Below, in pieces: positions 41,201 through 53,643 of a DNA stretch of 64,000 nt. The notes below the pieces were generated by a model. It saw only the letters and a list, made by a program, of their open reading frames with translations. It was not told the origin of the DNA and searched no databases. Origin of the DNA: Octopus bimaculoides (taxonomy: Eukaryota); contig NC_068982.1 of assembly GCF_001194135.2 (NCBI RefSeq), forward strand, positions 90,032,476-90,096,475, in the 5' to 3' direction. The number at the start of each line of letters is the position of its first letter. The first letter of the stretch is position 1. The position numbers and the translations under genes were made by a program.

Positions 41201-41751
41201 ATGCCCGGATGTAGTACTAGGCAGTGGCTCTCATGACTTCTGATCTTAACTGATTGGACGTGTTATCATGTATATATTTTATATTCGTATAAAAAGATGG
41301 GCTACAGCAAATATTCTGCTCAATACCACACATTTGCTTGTGAGTTGTTTGACCTTAACTGAGCATGTTCCTTGGTGGCTGACGATATGTGCATCACTGA
41401 TCATGAGCAGGAGTAGTGGGGGAGCATCATAGTCATGTGTTGAGAGGAATTCTTTAGGGTTTCAATAATTCATATTTGGAAACAGTTGTGTTTCGTTCAT
41501 CACCATTAAATAGCCCTTATTCAGGAATCTTTTGCGTGAGATGGGCTGCTCAGCCTGAAGAAAATTCTAACTGGGCCCCACCTGCAAGGTCATGTGCTGT
41601 TTATTTAGATATTAGATCATGTCACATACGTATGTTTGTGATGCCTGTACCTGGTGTATCCTGATCAGACGGCTAGTCATAATTGGTATATTGGGCTTCG
41701 TATATTTGTACCCTAGTGTCACTTTGATGGCATGCGCTGCTCTCTCACTCA
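41201..41751 (+). mobile_element. ~550-bp non-coding interspersed element, copy 1, bounded by AAT-type repeats
   Basis: ATGCCCGGATGTAGTAC...GCTCTCTCACTCA, colinear with 41851-42409. No TIR, ORF or tRNA head seen. Confidence 0.85.
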
Positions 41752-41850
41752 GTAATATTTAAAATAATAATAATAAAATATTAACAATAATAATAATAAT
41801 ACTAACAACAACAACAACAGCAACAACAATAATAATAATAATAATAATAA

Positions 41851-42408
41851 ATGCCCTGATGCAGTACCAGACAGTGGCTCCCGTGGCTTTTCATCTTAGC
41901 TGAGTGTAAGTGTTATCATGTACATTGTTTTGTCTTGGTATAAAAGATGGCCTACAGTAAATATTCTGCTCAATACTACAGATTTTCTTGTCAGTTGTTT
42001 GACCTTAACAATTTGAGCATTTCGCTTGGTGACTGACCGTATGTGCATCACTGATCATGAGCAGGAGTAGCTGAGGAGCATCACAGTCATGTGTTGAGAA
42101 CAATTTTTTAGGTTTTGTAAAAATCATCTCTGGAAACATGGGTGTTTTGTTCATCATCCTTAAAACAAACCTTATTCAGAGCCCTTTTGAGTGAGATGGG
42201 CTACTCAACCTGAAGAAATTTCTAACTGGGGCCCACCTGCAAGGTCATGTGCTGTTTATATTGATATGAAATCACGATGTCGCGCACATATGGTTGTGAT
42301 GCATGTGCCTGGTATACCCTTATCAGACAGGTAGTCATGATGGGCATATTCAGCTCCGTATAATTATACCCCAGTTTCACTTTGATAGCATGCGCTGCTC
42401 TCTCACTC

Positions 42409-42409
<1 letters not shown>
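41851..42409 (+). mobile_element. ~560-bp non-coding interspersed element, copy 2, flanked on both sides by (AAT)n
   Basis: ATGCCCTGATGCAGTACC...GCTCTCTCACTCA, colinear with copy 1. Confidence 0.85.
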
Positions 42410-42445
<36 letters not shown>

Positions 42446-42446
42446 T

Positions 42447-43499
42447 CAAAATTAAAAGAAGAGTGCCATTTGCTATCTTGTGAACAATATTTCGACATCT
42501 CGCGTGTCTTCCACTGGTTCAAAAAATAAATTTGTCAATCTACTTCATTTTGGTTAATATAGAAAGGATTGAGGTAACTCCTCCTGAAGATATAGAGTCA
42601 AAATTAAAAGAAGAGTGCCATTTGCTATCTTGTGAACAATATTTCGACATCTCGCGTGTCTTGAGTTACCTCAATCCTTTCTATATTAACCAAAATGAAG
42701 TAGATTGACANNNNNNNNNNNNNNNNNNNNNNNNNNNNNNNNNNNNNNNNNNNNNNNNNNNNNNNNNNNNNNNNNNNNNNNNNNNNNNNNNNNNNNNNNN
42801 NNNNNNNNNNNNNNNNNNNNNNNNNNNNNNNNNNNNNNNNNNNNNNNNNNNNNNNNNNNNNNNNNNNNNNNNNNNNNNNNNNNNNNNNNNNNNNNNNNNN
42901 NNNNNNNNNNNNNNNNNNNNNNNNNNNNNNNNNNNNNNNNNNNNNNNNNNNNNNNNNNNNNNNNNNNNNNNNNNNNNNNNNNNNNNNNNNNNNNNNNNNN
43001 NNNNNNNNNNNNNNNNNNNNNNNNNNNNNNNNNNNNNNNNNNNNNNNNNNNNNNNNNNNNNNNNNNNNNNNNNNNNNNNNNNNNNNNNNNNNNNNNNNNN
43101 NNNNNNNNNNNNNNNNNNNNNNNNNNNNNNNNNNNNNNNNNNNNNNNNNNNNNNNNNNNNNNNNNNNNNNNNNNNNNNNNNNNNNNNNNNNNNNNNNNNN
43201 NNNNNNNNNNNNNNNNNNNNNNNNNNNNNNNNNNNNNNNNNNNNNNNNNNNNNNNNNNNNNNNNNNNNNNNNNNNNNNNNNNNNNNNNNACTCTTCTTTT
43301 AATTTTGACTCTATATCTTCAGGAGGAGTTACCTCAATCCTTTCTATATTAACCAAAATGAAGTAGATTGACAAATTTATTTTTTGAACCAGTGGAAGAC
43401 ACGCGAGATGTCGAAATATTGTTCACAAGATAGCAAATGGCACTCTTCTTTTAATTTTGACTCTATATCTTCAGGAGGAGTTACCTCAATCCTTTCTAT

Positions 43500-43503
<4 letters not shown>
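42447..43503. repeat. 152-bp tandem repeat with an orientation switch at about 42662, spanning a gap
   Basis: CAAAATTAAAAGAAGAG at 42447 and 42599 (period 152). The reverse complement ACTCTTCTTTTAATTTTG is at 43290 and 43442 (period 152). Confidence 0.9.
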
Positions 43504-43551
<48 letters not shown>

Positions 43552-44272
43552 GCCGGAACGGAAGCTCTAATCTATGCTGCCCAAGAGCAAGCACTAAGAA
43601 CAAACTACATAAAATACAGAAGAGACAACACAGCAGAAAGTGGTAAGTTCAGAATCTGTGGACAAAACCGTGAAACCGTACGGCATATTACTAGCAATGT
43701 ACGCCACTAGCCCAGAACGAATATAAGAGACGCCACGACAATATTGCCACGCTTGTCCATTGGACACTCTGCAACAAGTATGGACTTGATAGAGCAAAAT
43801 ATTGATACGACCACAAACCTGAAGGCATCGTCGAAAATAGAAATGCAAAGATCCTATGGGATTTCATAATTCAGTGCGACCAGGAGATAGAGAATAGGAA
43901 TCCGGACATAGTCTTAATTGAGAAAGAAAACAAACTATGCTGGATCATAGATATAGCATGCCCAGCTGACAACAAGGTATCCGATAAGGAAGAAAGAAAA
44001 GTAGAGAGATATGACAGGTTAGCCTGGGAAATTAAGCAGTCGTGCCAATAATTGTCGGAGCCTTGGGAACGCTGAGCAAAAATCTCGAGAAGTATAAGGA
44101 ACAAATAGGGGCTGCAATAAGGGTGAAGCACTTGCCGAAAACATCACTGCTTGGAACCGTTCGAATACTCCGGAAGGTGCTCGAAAAATAAGAGGTGTTA
44201 CCTTAGTTCACTGGTAGTGAACAGCTGACACCATAGTTCATCTCCAGCGTTCGAAGCTGTGCAAAGGCTTTA
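43552..44272 (+). mobile_element. 5'-truncated R4/Dong-clade non-LTR retrotransposon (CCHC + restriction-like endonuclease), pseudogenised
   Basis: EALIYAAQEQALRT...RICGQNRETVRHITS...YKRRHDN...KILWDFIIQCDQEIENRNPDIVLIEKENKLCWIIDIACP...PIIVGALG...LLGTVRILRKVLEK* (stop 44189). (TAA)n on both sides. Confidence 0.9.
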
Positions 44273-44312
44273 AAATAATAATAATAATAATACTATGTAA
44301 ATTCCTTTATAT

Positions 44313-44712
44313 AAAGGAGTTTGACAAACCTAAAAAGTATAAGGACCTGCAAATTGAAATATACAAATGTGGAAGCTTAAGGCAAAAACTGCTCCTGTTA
44401 TTGTAGGTATCCTAGGTATGATTTTAAAAAGGGATGCCAGAAGCATTTAGTTAACATTCCAAGAGAACCGTGTCTCAAGGAAATTCAAAAGATTCTGCTG
44501 ACAAGTACTGCCCCCATCCTTAGAAAAGCCCTATCAATTTAAATGTTCGTGCTGTATTATATGGAGGTATTTTTCAACTGCTCTCACCACGTTCGTTTAC
44601 CAAGCTTTCAGTTATATTTCAACATTTATTAACCTTCACTTGCCCTAGGGCGCTGGGTATGTCCCAGTAATTGATTGCATCAAACATGCAGATTAAAAGC
44701 AAACAACAGTGA
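44313..44712 (+). mobile_element. second R4/Dong-type 3' fragment (different subfamily)
   Basis: KKYKDLQIEI..WKLKAKTAPVIVGILG...EIQKILLTSTAPILRKALSI* followed by a 3' UTR and (AAT)n. Confidence 0.8.
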
Positions 44713-44824
44713 TAATAATAATATTGTAATAGAACCATGAAAATCAGGTAAGTATACTTTTGAAGAGTTAGGATAATACTAAAATCTAAGCAGAATTGTA
44801 TGAATCCATCACTAACATGCACGT

Positions 44825-45000
44825 AAAAGCCGTAGCTATCTCATCAGGTATGGCGCCGGGAAATCGAATTCACAAAGGTAGATAAACAGTGAAATTGCCG
44901 TCAGTTTACGAGACCTTACAGGCAGATATCGACAGATTTTATATTTCAGCAAAAGAATAAAAGAAGCGGATTGATAAGTGTAGAAAACTGTGGAAGAAAT
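44825..45000 (+). mobile_element. third R4/Dong-type remnant (post-RT region)
   Basis: RYGAG, ADIDRFYI and GLISVENC motifs, separated by frameshifts. Confidence 0.6.
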
Positions 45001-45249
45001 GGAGAGGTTGAGAGAATAGGTTACTGACAGTGAAGAGTAATTTTGGTAGTAGTAAGAATAGAATATATGTCAACTGAAGGAAGAGAATAAAATGAAGTTC
45101 TCGGAGCTAGAAAATATCAGCACAACCAGAAAGACTTACATCGAAGGTTTATCGGTTTATCAAAATACTGAAGAGTATCGAAATCATAAATCGTCTTAAT
45201 GGCTAAAGAGGGGAGTGTTAAAAAAAAAGAGACAGAGGATTTCTACTAG

Positions 45250-46330
45250 GTGCGTACATCAAGAAATCAGAATACGATACTTCAGAAACAACATAGATAA
45301 GTAAGATGTCATGTACAAATTGTCGAGTGCAGACGACAAGCGCCAGAGTTTTCGTTAAGACGCTGGCCGAAATCTTAAACTCATCGTTCAGCAGAGTCAT
45401 TCGGTCCAATGCCATATACGATTTTTTACTCGTGTGCATCTGTTCTTAGTAGAGTTGCTTTCCGGTTCACAGCACTGGGATTTGTCCAATTTTGTTGCCA
45501 ATTACAGTAGACGTCTATCAAGAGGCTGCTAGACAAGTCCGGAATATTTGTAAAACTCATAGAGAGGGTATTCAAGCAGAATGATTTGCAACTTTCGGTA
45601 CCGCTCCCCACCTCTCTAATTTTAACTACTCAAATAGGGTCTTGATTGAACCGCTGAGAACCGTAGAAGATAATTGAGGCAGGTGCTAATGTCAATTACC
45701 ATTACCGTTCTAAATAGATGAGCAAGGGCTTCGAGCACCTACTCACATCCGAATGTAGCAATGTTGCTCGCGTCTGACCCTTTTTCGGCAATGTGGAAGG
45801 CACGATCACGTATTTCTTGCTACGTCGTGCATCAGCCTCTCGGGCCTATCAGGCAGTCTTTGTATTATGGAGTTTTAATGTAATAACACTAGCTCTGGGA
45901 ACGCAACCTTCGTGTATTACACTGAAGTAAAATCGAGTTCCTTTCTCAGTGCTAGCACGAAAAATCGCCATGCCGTTAGTAATAGATTATTCTAGACTTT
46001 TAACTAAATCGCCGCTAAGTTAATTAATTTTGCGCTAACACTTTCACTAAATGCTATCGATTCTGATCTAATCGCCTTCTTCAGAGCATCACACTACCTG
46101 TTATTGATGGTTGTTTCCTCTCAAATACCACTGAAGTCCCTAATCCAGTCCCAGTAGTATAGTCAGAGATTTGGCCTTTAGCAAAGCATATCTCACAAAG
46201 GACATCAAACAACACCTGCTAATCGTCCAGAAATCTATACAAGCGTCGTAGTCTAACGAATAATTGAGAAGCATCATCTACAGCATCGCGAGACATTCTC
46301 AAGGAGTGTTGGTTGACAATAAAATAATAT
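45250..46330 (-). mobile_element. L1/Tx1-clade LINE ORF2 remnant
   Basis: CDALKKAIRSESIAFS near 46090. PDLSSSLLIDVYCNWQQN...TLLRTD and MTLLNDEFKISASVLTKTLALVV match the RT domain 0/1 consensus RPITLLN.E.KILAKVLA.RL. Confidence 0.72.
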
Positions 46331-46595
46331 TTTTGATATTTCTTGGAGCGGTGCACGTAATACACGCGCGTGCGTGTATATATATATATATATAACTGAG
46401 ATTCAGTTGAATTAGGTACTTAAGTTGACGCACCAAGTCAGTCCGTATTATCCGCATGGAGTCGCTTAAAACGGTCGTACTGCATCACTACTTGATATTT
46501 TGTTGCTTATTTTGATTGTATATATATATACATACACACACACACACACACACTCACGCACGCACACACACAGACACACAGACACACACACACAT

Positions 46596-46628
<33 letters not shown>

Positions 46629-46761
46629 NNNNNNNNNNNNNNNNNNNNNNNNNNNNNNNNNNNNNNNNNNNNNNNNNNNNNNNNNNNNNNNNNNNNNNNN
46701 NNNNNNNNNNNNNNNNNNNNNNNNNNNNTAGTCATGTGTGTGTGTGTATTTCTGTGTAAGC

Positions 46762-47964
46762 TGTGCCTTGGGTGGATCATTACGCCATTGATGATAAAAA
46801 TAAGCACTTGTTTAATACTACTCTTTTATTGTTAGTCAGTTGGTTGATTATTTAACCAACTATCTAATAGCTCGTTTCTTTATTAAAGTGTTGGTTAAGC
46901 AATAAATCGTTTGTTTGTTTGTCAAAGTCCTTTTATTGCTAATCGTGACCTCATCAATGACGTGCCTCTTCTCTTCAGTGTTTGTCTCTCGTGACCGGTT
47001 CTAATTGTGTTTGTGAATGTGCGCATTTGCTGTCTGGACCTCTTTAAGGGTTCGGCTGTTTGTTCAAGGTTGGTCCAACCTCAAATCTACTGAGATTTGC
47101 TTCTCGTCCAGTAAAGATTAACGGATGTAATTCCTTATGTGTGGAGAGTAGAGGGAGAACATCGTGTGGCAGTGTGTGCGCATGCGGAAATATATGGTGT
47201 ATTGTGCTTGTTTGTGTGCTTGAGTCCGTTCTGTTACTGAATATATACCTTCGGGGTGTGTGTGTTTGTGTGTGTGAGAGAGGGAGAGAGTTTGGATTCG
47301 TGAGTGATTGCCTATGCGTGTGAAGTGCAATATATGTTTATATTCGCACCTGCGAGTGTGTACAGTGTAGCTGGCTTTCTGAAGCAAACACTCACCTACG
47401 CACACACACATAGGCACATATAAACTCAATCACAGAACCGACTCAACAACACAAACACGCACACTAAGCCACATACTCACGCACGGACATACATGCTAAC
47501 ACAGGCGCACGCGGATGCAAACACGTACCTACCACTATCCCTTCCCTTTCCTTCTATCGGGAACTACATACATAAAGTTTTGTGGGATGACAACGAAATC
47601 GCAAGTTTTCAGACTGAACTGACCTTGAAAAATAGACCAGACCATCGACAGGTCACGGATGACCAATGCACACACACTCACAAACAAACAAACAAACAAA
47701 CACACAAACAGGCTGTCACACAAGGATACACATACACCCACAAACGCACACACAAACACGCACGCACGTCATTTATGAGGTCGCGAACAGCAACGAAAGG
47801 GCTTTGACAAGCATACCACCGATTTATTGCTTAACCAATACATTAAAGAAACTATCAATTAATTTGTTGGTAAGATAATTAACCAAGTGACTATCTATAA
47901 ACAAGTAATATTAAATCAGTGCATATTTTTATCATCACTAGCGTAATTACTCTTCCAAGACACA
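46762..47964. repeat. ~1.2-kb diverged palindrome / foldback element
   Basis: Arms align in reverse complement, e.g. TTGGTTAAGCAATAAATCG at 46891-46909 versus 47820-47838 (perfect 19 bp). Similarity continues inward to about 47260/47400. Confidence 0.88.
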
Positions 47965-48046
47965 AGAAGTGATTCAACATACGAATTCAAATCAAGAATC
48001 TTGAAAACCAAATACAAATGGTAGTACACAGACACATGTATGTATG

Positions 48047-48084
<38 letters not shown>

Positions 48085-48085
48085 T

Positions 48086-48206
<121 letters not shown>

Positions 48207-48689
48207 CATTATAATAAGAAATGGAGAATTTTACATCTTCAACACTTGTTTATTACAGTAGTCCACACATTACATTCTCGTTAAATTTCGGTCCCCACAC
48301 ATGTTCCTGCAGTTTGTCAAAAGCCCCGAGATCAGGTCTAAATTTTTTGATTACATTTTCTTTAGCGTGCTGTGTTGTCAATTACACATATATATATATT
48401 CTGTGTTGTCAAAAATCAAGGTTTGAACTAGTGGTTCCTTGACACACATCTCATTGCGTCAATTTATTACTATCACGCCAAGGACTTAAGATACTGAATC
48501 CATAAAATTTTGTTACATTTTCAATAAAGCAGCTGATATGGGACAAGGCATAGCATACAACCCTGCATAGAAATTGGTTTTTCGTCAAAACCAAAATGTT
48601 TTCTGAAAACTTCTACTGAAAAACTAGTAAAAGTTTTAAACTTTTGCAAACAAATTACATCATTTTGTCAATGTAACTTCCAATGAATT

Positions 48690-49330
48690 TACTTTTGTAT
48701 GATTTTCGTAAGTTCAGAATTTGAGGAAGATCGCCAGTCAAGTACAAGCAATAGTCCACCATCATATGCAAGTCTCATCTATCTTAATGTCTTTGTTCCA
48801 TTGACTTTTCATCCTGATGGAAACATTCTCCCTGCTCGTCTCTTGTGTCACCAAGATTTTCAGGGAATGTATATTTGTGACTGTGGAAATAGTGCAGCTT
48901 TATACTCATATTTCTCAATTTTGAAAGCTCTCAAGCACGTTGTCGACTATTTCGAGATATTTGGCTGCTGCTTTCGTGTTGCCCAGAAAGTCATTTACAT
49001 CTATTTCTAATGAATTCTATGCTTTTGTTTCAATGCAATTCATTGAATTTACAAAGTTCCCACCTTTCATCAATTTTATCTTTTCACTGCTCAGACTGGG
49101 GAACGTGCAGCAAATACAGAGAAAGTATGGCCCATCTTTATCCAGAACTTTAACAAACTGCTTCATAATGCCAAGTCTGATACGGATAAAGGAAGGATGA
49201 TTGTTTTCCGGGTTGAGCCAAAGGCTCTTCAACCACATTAAAAGATTCTGGAAGTAATGTTTGCTGAGACCATTTCCCCCTGTCGCTGCTGTCCCAGATA
49301 CATAAAAAGCATGGATATTTCATGTGTAAA
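48690..49330 (-). pseudogene. Chapaev3-like (CMC superfamily) DNA transposase remnant
   Basis: KYPCFLCIWDS, RLGIMKQFVKVLDKDG, FLGNTK, MSIKLHYFHSH, FPENLGD..DEQGECFHQD, MMVDYC. Stops and deletions present. Family assignment is from remembered motifs. Confidence 0.75.
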
Positions 49331-50989
49331 CAGCGCATTTTTCTGAAAAAATGAAGAAAATTGCGAAAATTGTGGGTTTTGAACATCTTGAAAACTAGAC
49401 TCGATTGTAAAATATAGATAACATTTTTGGATTCAGCGTATCAAAAAATTTCCAGATCAGGTAAAATTTCCCTGACAACAAAATACCTGTTATATCCAAA
49501 TTGATGTGCAAAAGCACACACGTATCACATGATTTCATTGTATTGGAAATTATCAATGATATATATATATATATATATACTGTGAAATGTCGTAATTATT
49601 CTTCACCATGTCCGTTTACTTTGGAGTTCCCAACTTCTATTAAAGTTCGGTGGAAAGAAGGTAGAAAATACTCATGAGCCTAAAATCGGAAAGCAAGCAC
49701 TAATCAGGTCGTCAATGTTTTTATTGTCATTTTACTCTCATTAGAGCTCTATTTTTGAAAACTATCCTGCCGTTCAGGTTACTCTTTAAGTATACCGTCC
49801 ATGTTTAACAATCGTAAAAAGAAACTATCTCATCGTCATGCTTGCCATTTTGTACTTCATACGTGCTACATCTACTAAAAATAGTTTCTTATGTAATATT
49901 TTCTATTTAGTTCCTTTCTGAAGCTAAACAATTCTCATCTAATTTTCCGTTTTAAATTCACCTATCATTTATTATTTATAATAACTTCATCAGTTTTCTC
50001 TCACCTAGATCACTAATTTAATCATCGTAGGCTTTCCGTTCGAGAAACAGAGAATTTAGTTTCAGTTAATCAGGAATCGTACACGCCCTATCTAAGTTGA
50101 CGGTATTTAAAAAATTGCTGTCGTCTCTATAGCTAACTTTCTGAAAATATAGATACTGTCTTTATCCTCCAACCTGATGACTATTCAGATATGATTTAGA
50201 TATGACTAATTCCACAACACATTTCGATAACTAGTGAGATTGTTAAATATGTTTTTTTGTGATTTCCACTCACACTCATAATGTGCACCTAACATTCAAT
50301 TATGGCGGAGGATCTCCAAAAAAGACATCTAAGTACCTCAAGAAGTTTGTTTCCTTAAGCCCTATTGAGACATAACCGGTTACCAGCTGGAGAGTAGCTC
50401 ATTGGCTGTTACTTGTACTACAAAATACTGAAAATCTCCTCGAGATCTAAACATCTAGCAATGTTTCTATGCACCAAATGACGAGAAGATCTAGTAGGAA
50501 AGCTAGTAGTTGCTTGCGAGAACCTCCAGCAATGATAATAGCTATCGCATCTAGAACACACATATTTGTACACGTACATACATACATACATGCATACATA
50601 CATACATACATACATACATACATACATACGTATTTACGTACGTACATACATACATTCACATATATTCTCTCACTGAGTCAGACGAATTTCCCCATGAATG
50701 TTAAGTGTTTTTAACTTCAATTATTGTCAAATTCATCTACCTTATCCCTCCATCATGATGTATTCTTATTTATTTGAAGTCTCTCACTATCTAGCCTAGT
50801 AGCTATTTTATTTTATACTCGCATAGCATTTAGTTTCAATTTCTCTCTCGGATTCATTTAATTGTTTTCAGTTCTACGTTATTTCGGCAAACAAACAAAA
50901 GCAAAGTTAAAAAAGAAACATATTTATTTTAATGGTGTTTAATAGTAGAGACGTCCAGTGGTTTCAGTATGTCTCTACTCAGATACTCT

Positions 50990-51540
50990 CGCGACACGCG
51001 ATCCTTCAGACGACAAAAATCTGTCAGGAATCATTCGATTCAAGAAACGAGAAGCAGGTGGAAACCAGAGGCAGGCATTTTAGCTAGAAAACGTGCATGC
51101 TAGAGAGGGATGGAAGCTTTATTGATGTCAATTGAAACAACTTTGTTTGCAATAAATTTCCCAAGATCGAGGGCCAGAACTACGGAAGCTACACTGAAGG
51201 TCAGAGAGACAATGATTGAGAGTTTGGCGGAAACAGAGTCTGACTCTAATAATTAATAATGTTTGAGGAAAGAAAAGGTAGAATATATATATCTTTGTTA
51301 ATATAAAGCGACCGGAGACACAGAGACTTTGGAAATTGATGTCAATATGTACTTAGTATCCCGGTGGTACACAGAGGGGTAATTCTAGAGGGTCTGATGT
51401 ATAGGATGCAAAGCAGGCAGTAAATGTAGTGGCTTCTTCCTCAGAAATATTGCCTACAGAGCCATCATCACTAAGAAGTAGAGTAAAGGAGGATTTGGTA
51501 AGTTGGTAGAGATATTTTTGGTGATGGTCTAAAATGATCG
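50990..51540 (-). mobile_element. CR1/Jockey-group LINE RT remnant
   Basis: LLSDDGS...EEATTFTACFAS; LSDLQCSFRSS; KVVSIDINKA...HARFLAKMPASGF...FLTD (cf. ALDISKAFD.VWH.GLL.KL..YG). Confidence 0.7.
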
Positions 51541-52395
51541 GCTGTACTTTGGGAGTCAGAGTTTCATTGATACACAGTTTACATTTCTGATAATTATCTT
51601 ATTGATATGAGTGAGCTTATCACGTAACTCTTCCAACAATGATGTTGTTTTCTAACACATCTTTGAGGAGGAAATGTAATAAATAGAGTAGTTACAGTAA
51701 TTGAATGGAACTTAATCCATCGACTACCAGATTAATGAAATCAGCTGTTGTCTTCAATAGGTAAATTCTGCTTACAACGTTAAAGAAAGTAATCAAGTAG
51801 TACAAAGTATCAAAGTCTACCACTTACAACTCTTTCTAATAATATCATCTAACATAGGCCCCAAGTCTATATATTTGTGAGGAATGTTTGTTCAAATGTA
51901 TCACATCCAGTACATGAACCATTCTATATTTTATTGCTGATGAAAGCATGAAAGATAAATCTACTACAACTCTATTTCAAGTCAAACTGAGTACCGTAAT
52001 AAAGGCGAAATTTGAAAGAAAAATGTAAAGAACCGGACTAAATATTGTAAGTGATTTTGTCCGTCGTTCTAACGATTCTGTGCTTAACAAACTAAGTGTT
52101 AACCGAAAGAAAATATTTTCGTACATTTTTGTCAAGTTTGTATTTTTAACAACCTTAAAATAGTATTTTATATCTTAAAGTTTAAAAATAAAATTATTCG
52201 ACATAGAAACTTCGGTATATTTTTCTCTTAGGAAAAAGGAAACATAGTGCAAAACAGCCCTAATTCAATGGAATATCAAGTAAAATCTGAAAGTTAATAA
52301 AGAATATTACTCAAAGAATATGATTGCGATTATTATCATTTTTACGGTAAAGATGATATAATATTTTACGGTAAGGATGATATAAAAACAAACTA

Positions 52396-53643
52396 TGAGG
52401 TCATTCCATAAGTTCCGTCCGATTTTACCTATTTTAAAATTGAATGAAATTTAATAGTGTTTTAGAATGTTTAATGCAATTAAAAAATATTTTTAGGCAT
52501 TTGTGTACATTTAAACTAATTAAATATTATTTTACAGAATAACAGAATTAAAATTTCTTTGACTAAAACCCTTCCTAACATGCAAGTATCCAAAGAGCAT
52601 TTGAGGCACATAATGCTTTATGAGAATAAAAATTGAAACTCTGCAGCCGGAGCGACTCGAAACATGCACTCAATTTATGGGAAAGAATGCTTGAATGAAG
52701 GAACTTGCAGACGATGGTTTTCAAAATTCAGAAGATGAGATTTCAGCCTTGAAGATGAAGATCCAACAGGACGTCCAGTTGAGTTTGATGATAAACTCCT
52801 TGAGTGATTACTTGAAGAAAATCCTGCACTATCAGTTGAATAATTGGCAATAAAACTTAGTTCAAACCATACAACTGTTCATCGTCATCTTCAACAACTT
52901 GGAAAGGTTCCTAAACTTGGAAAATGGGTACCTCATGAATTGCCCGAAAGCAACCGCAAATCCCGAGTTGACATCTGCTCTTCTCTCCATTCTCGCGAAC
53001 TCATTTCACCCTTTTTGGATAGACTTGTGACTGATGACGAAAAATGGATCTTCTATCGAAATATTAAATGTCGTAAACAGTGGCTTGGTAAAAGGGAAAA
53101 AGCTCAACCACAACCGAGAAGGGAACTTCATGGTAAAAAGGTTCTTCTCTCTATCTGGTGAGATTGCAAAGGAGTAATTCACTTTGAATTGTTACTACCT
53201 AATGATACAAATCAATGCTCAAGTCTACTGTCAGCAATTAGAGCGTTTGAACCAAGCTTTGAAAAAAAAGACCCGCTTTAGTGAATCGGAAAGGAATGGT
53301 GTTTCATCAGGACAATGCGCGACCCTACACTGCAAAGATCACATCACAGAAGATCGAAGAGCTTGATTGGGAAAAAATTCCTCATCCAACTTATTCTCTC
53401 GACCTTGCTCCTTCAGACTACCATTTGTTTCGTAGGAGGAGGTCGAAACTGACATTTCAGAGTTCTTCGCTTTGAAACCAAAAGAGTTTTACATTGATGG
53501 GATTAAAAAAGCTTGTAAATAGATGGAAGGAAGTCATAGATAATCAGGGAAAGTACATTGATGATTAAATTTCAATTCAATATAACGTTTGATCACTTGT
53601 TTTCTTTATTCAAAATCCGGACAGAAATTATGGGATGACCTGA
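52396..53643 (+). mobile_element. full-length mariner transposon (1,248 bp), inactive
   Basis: TIRs TGAGGTCATTCCATAAGTTCCGTCCGATTTT and reverse complement TCAGGTCATCCCATAATTTCTGTCCGGATTTT. TA TSD at 52394-95 and 53644-45. Confidence 0.95.
52580..53568 (+). pseudogene. mariner DD34D transposase pseudogene
   Basis: MQVSKEHLRHIMLYE...KWVPHEL...LVTDDEKW...HQDNARP...YSLDLAPSDYHLFR...RWKEVIDNQGKYIDD*. D34D spacing counted. Stops, frameshifts and a deletion after HLFR. Confidence 0.95.
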
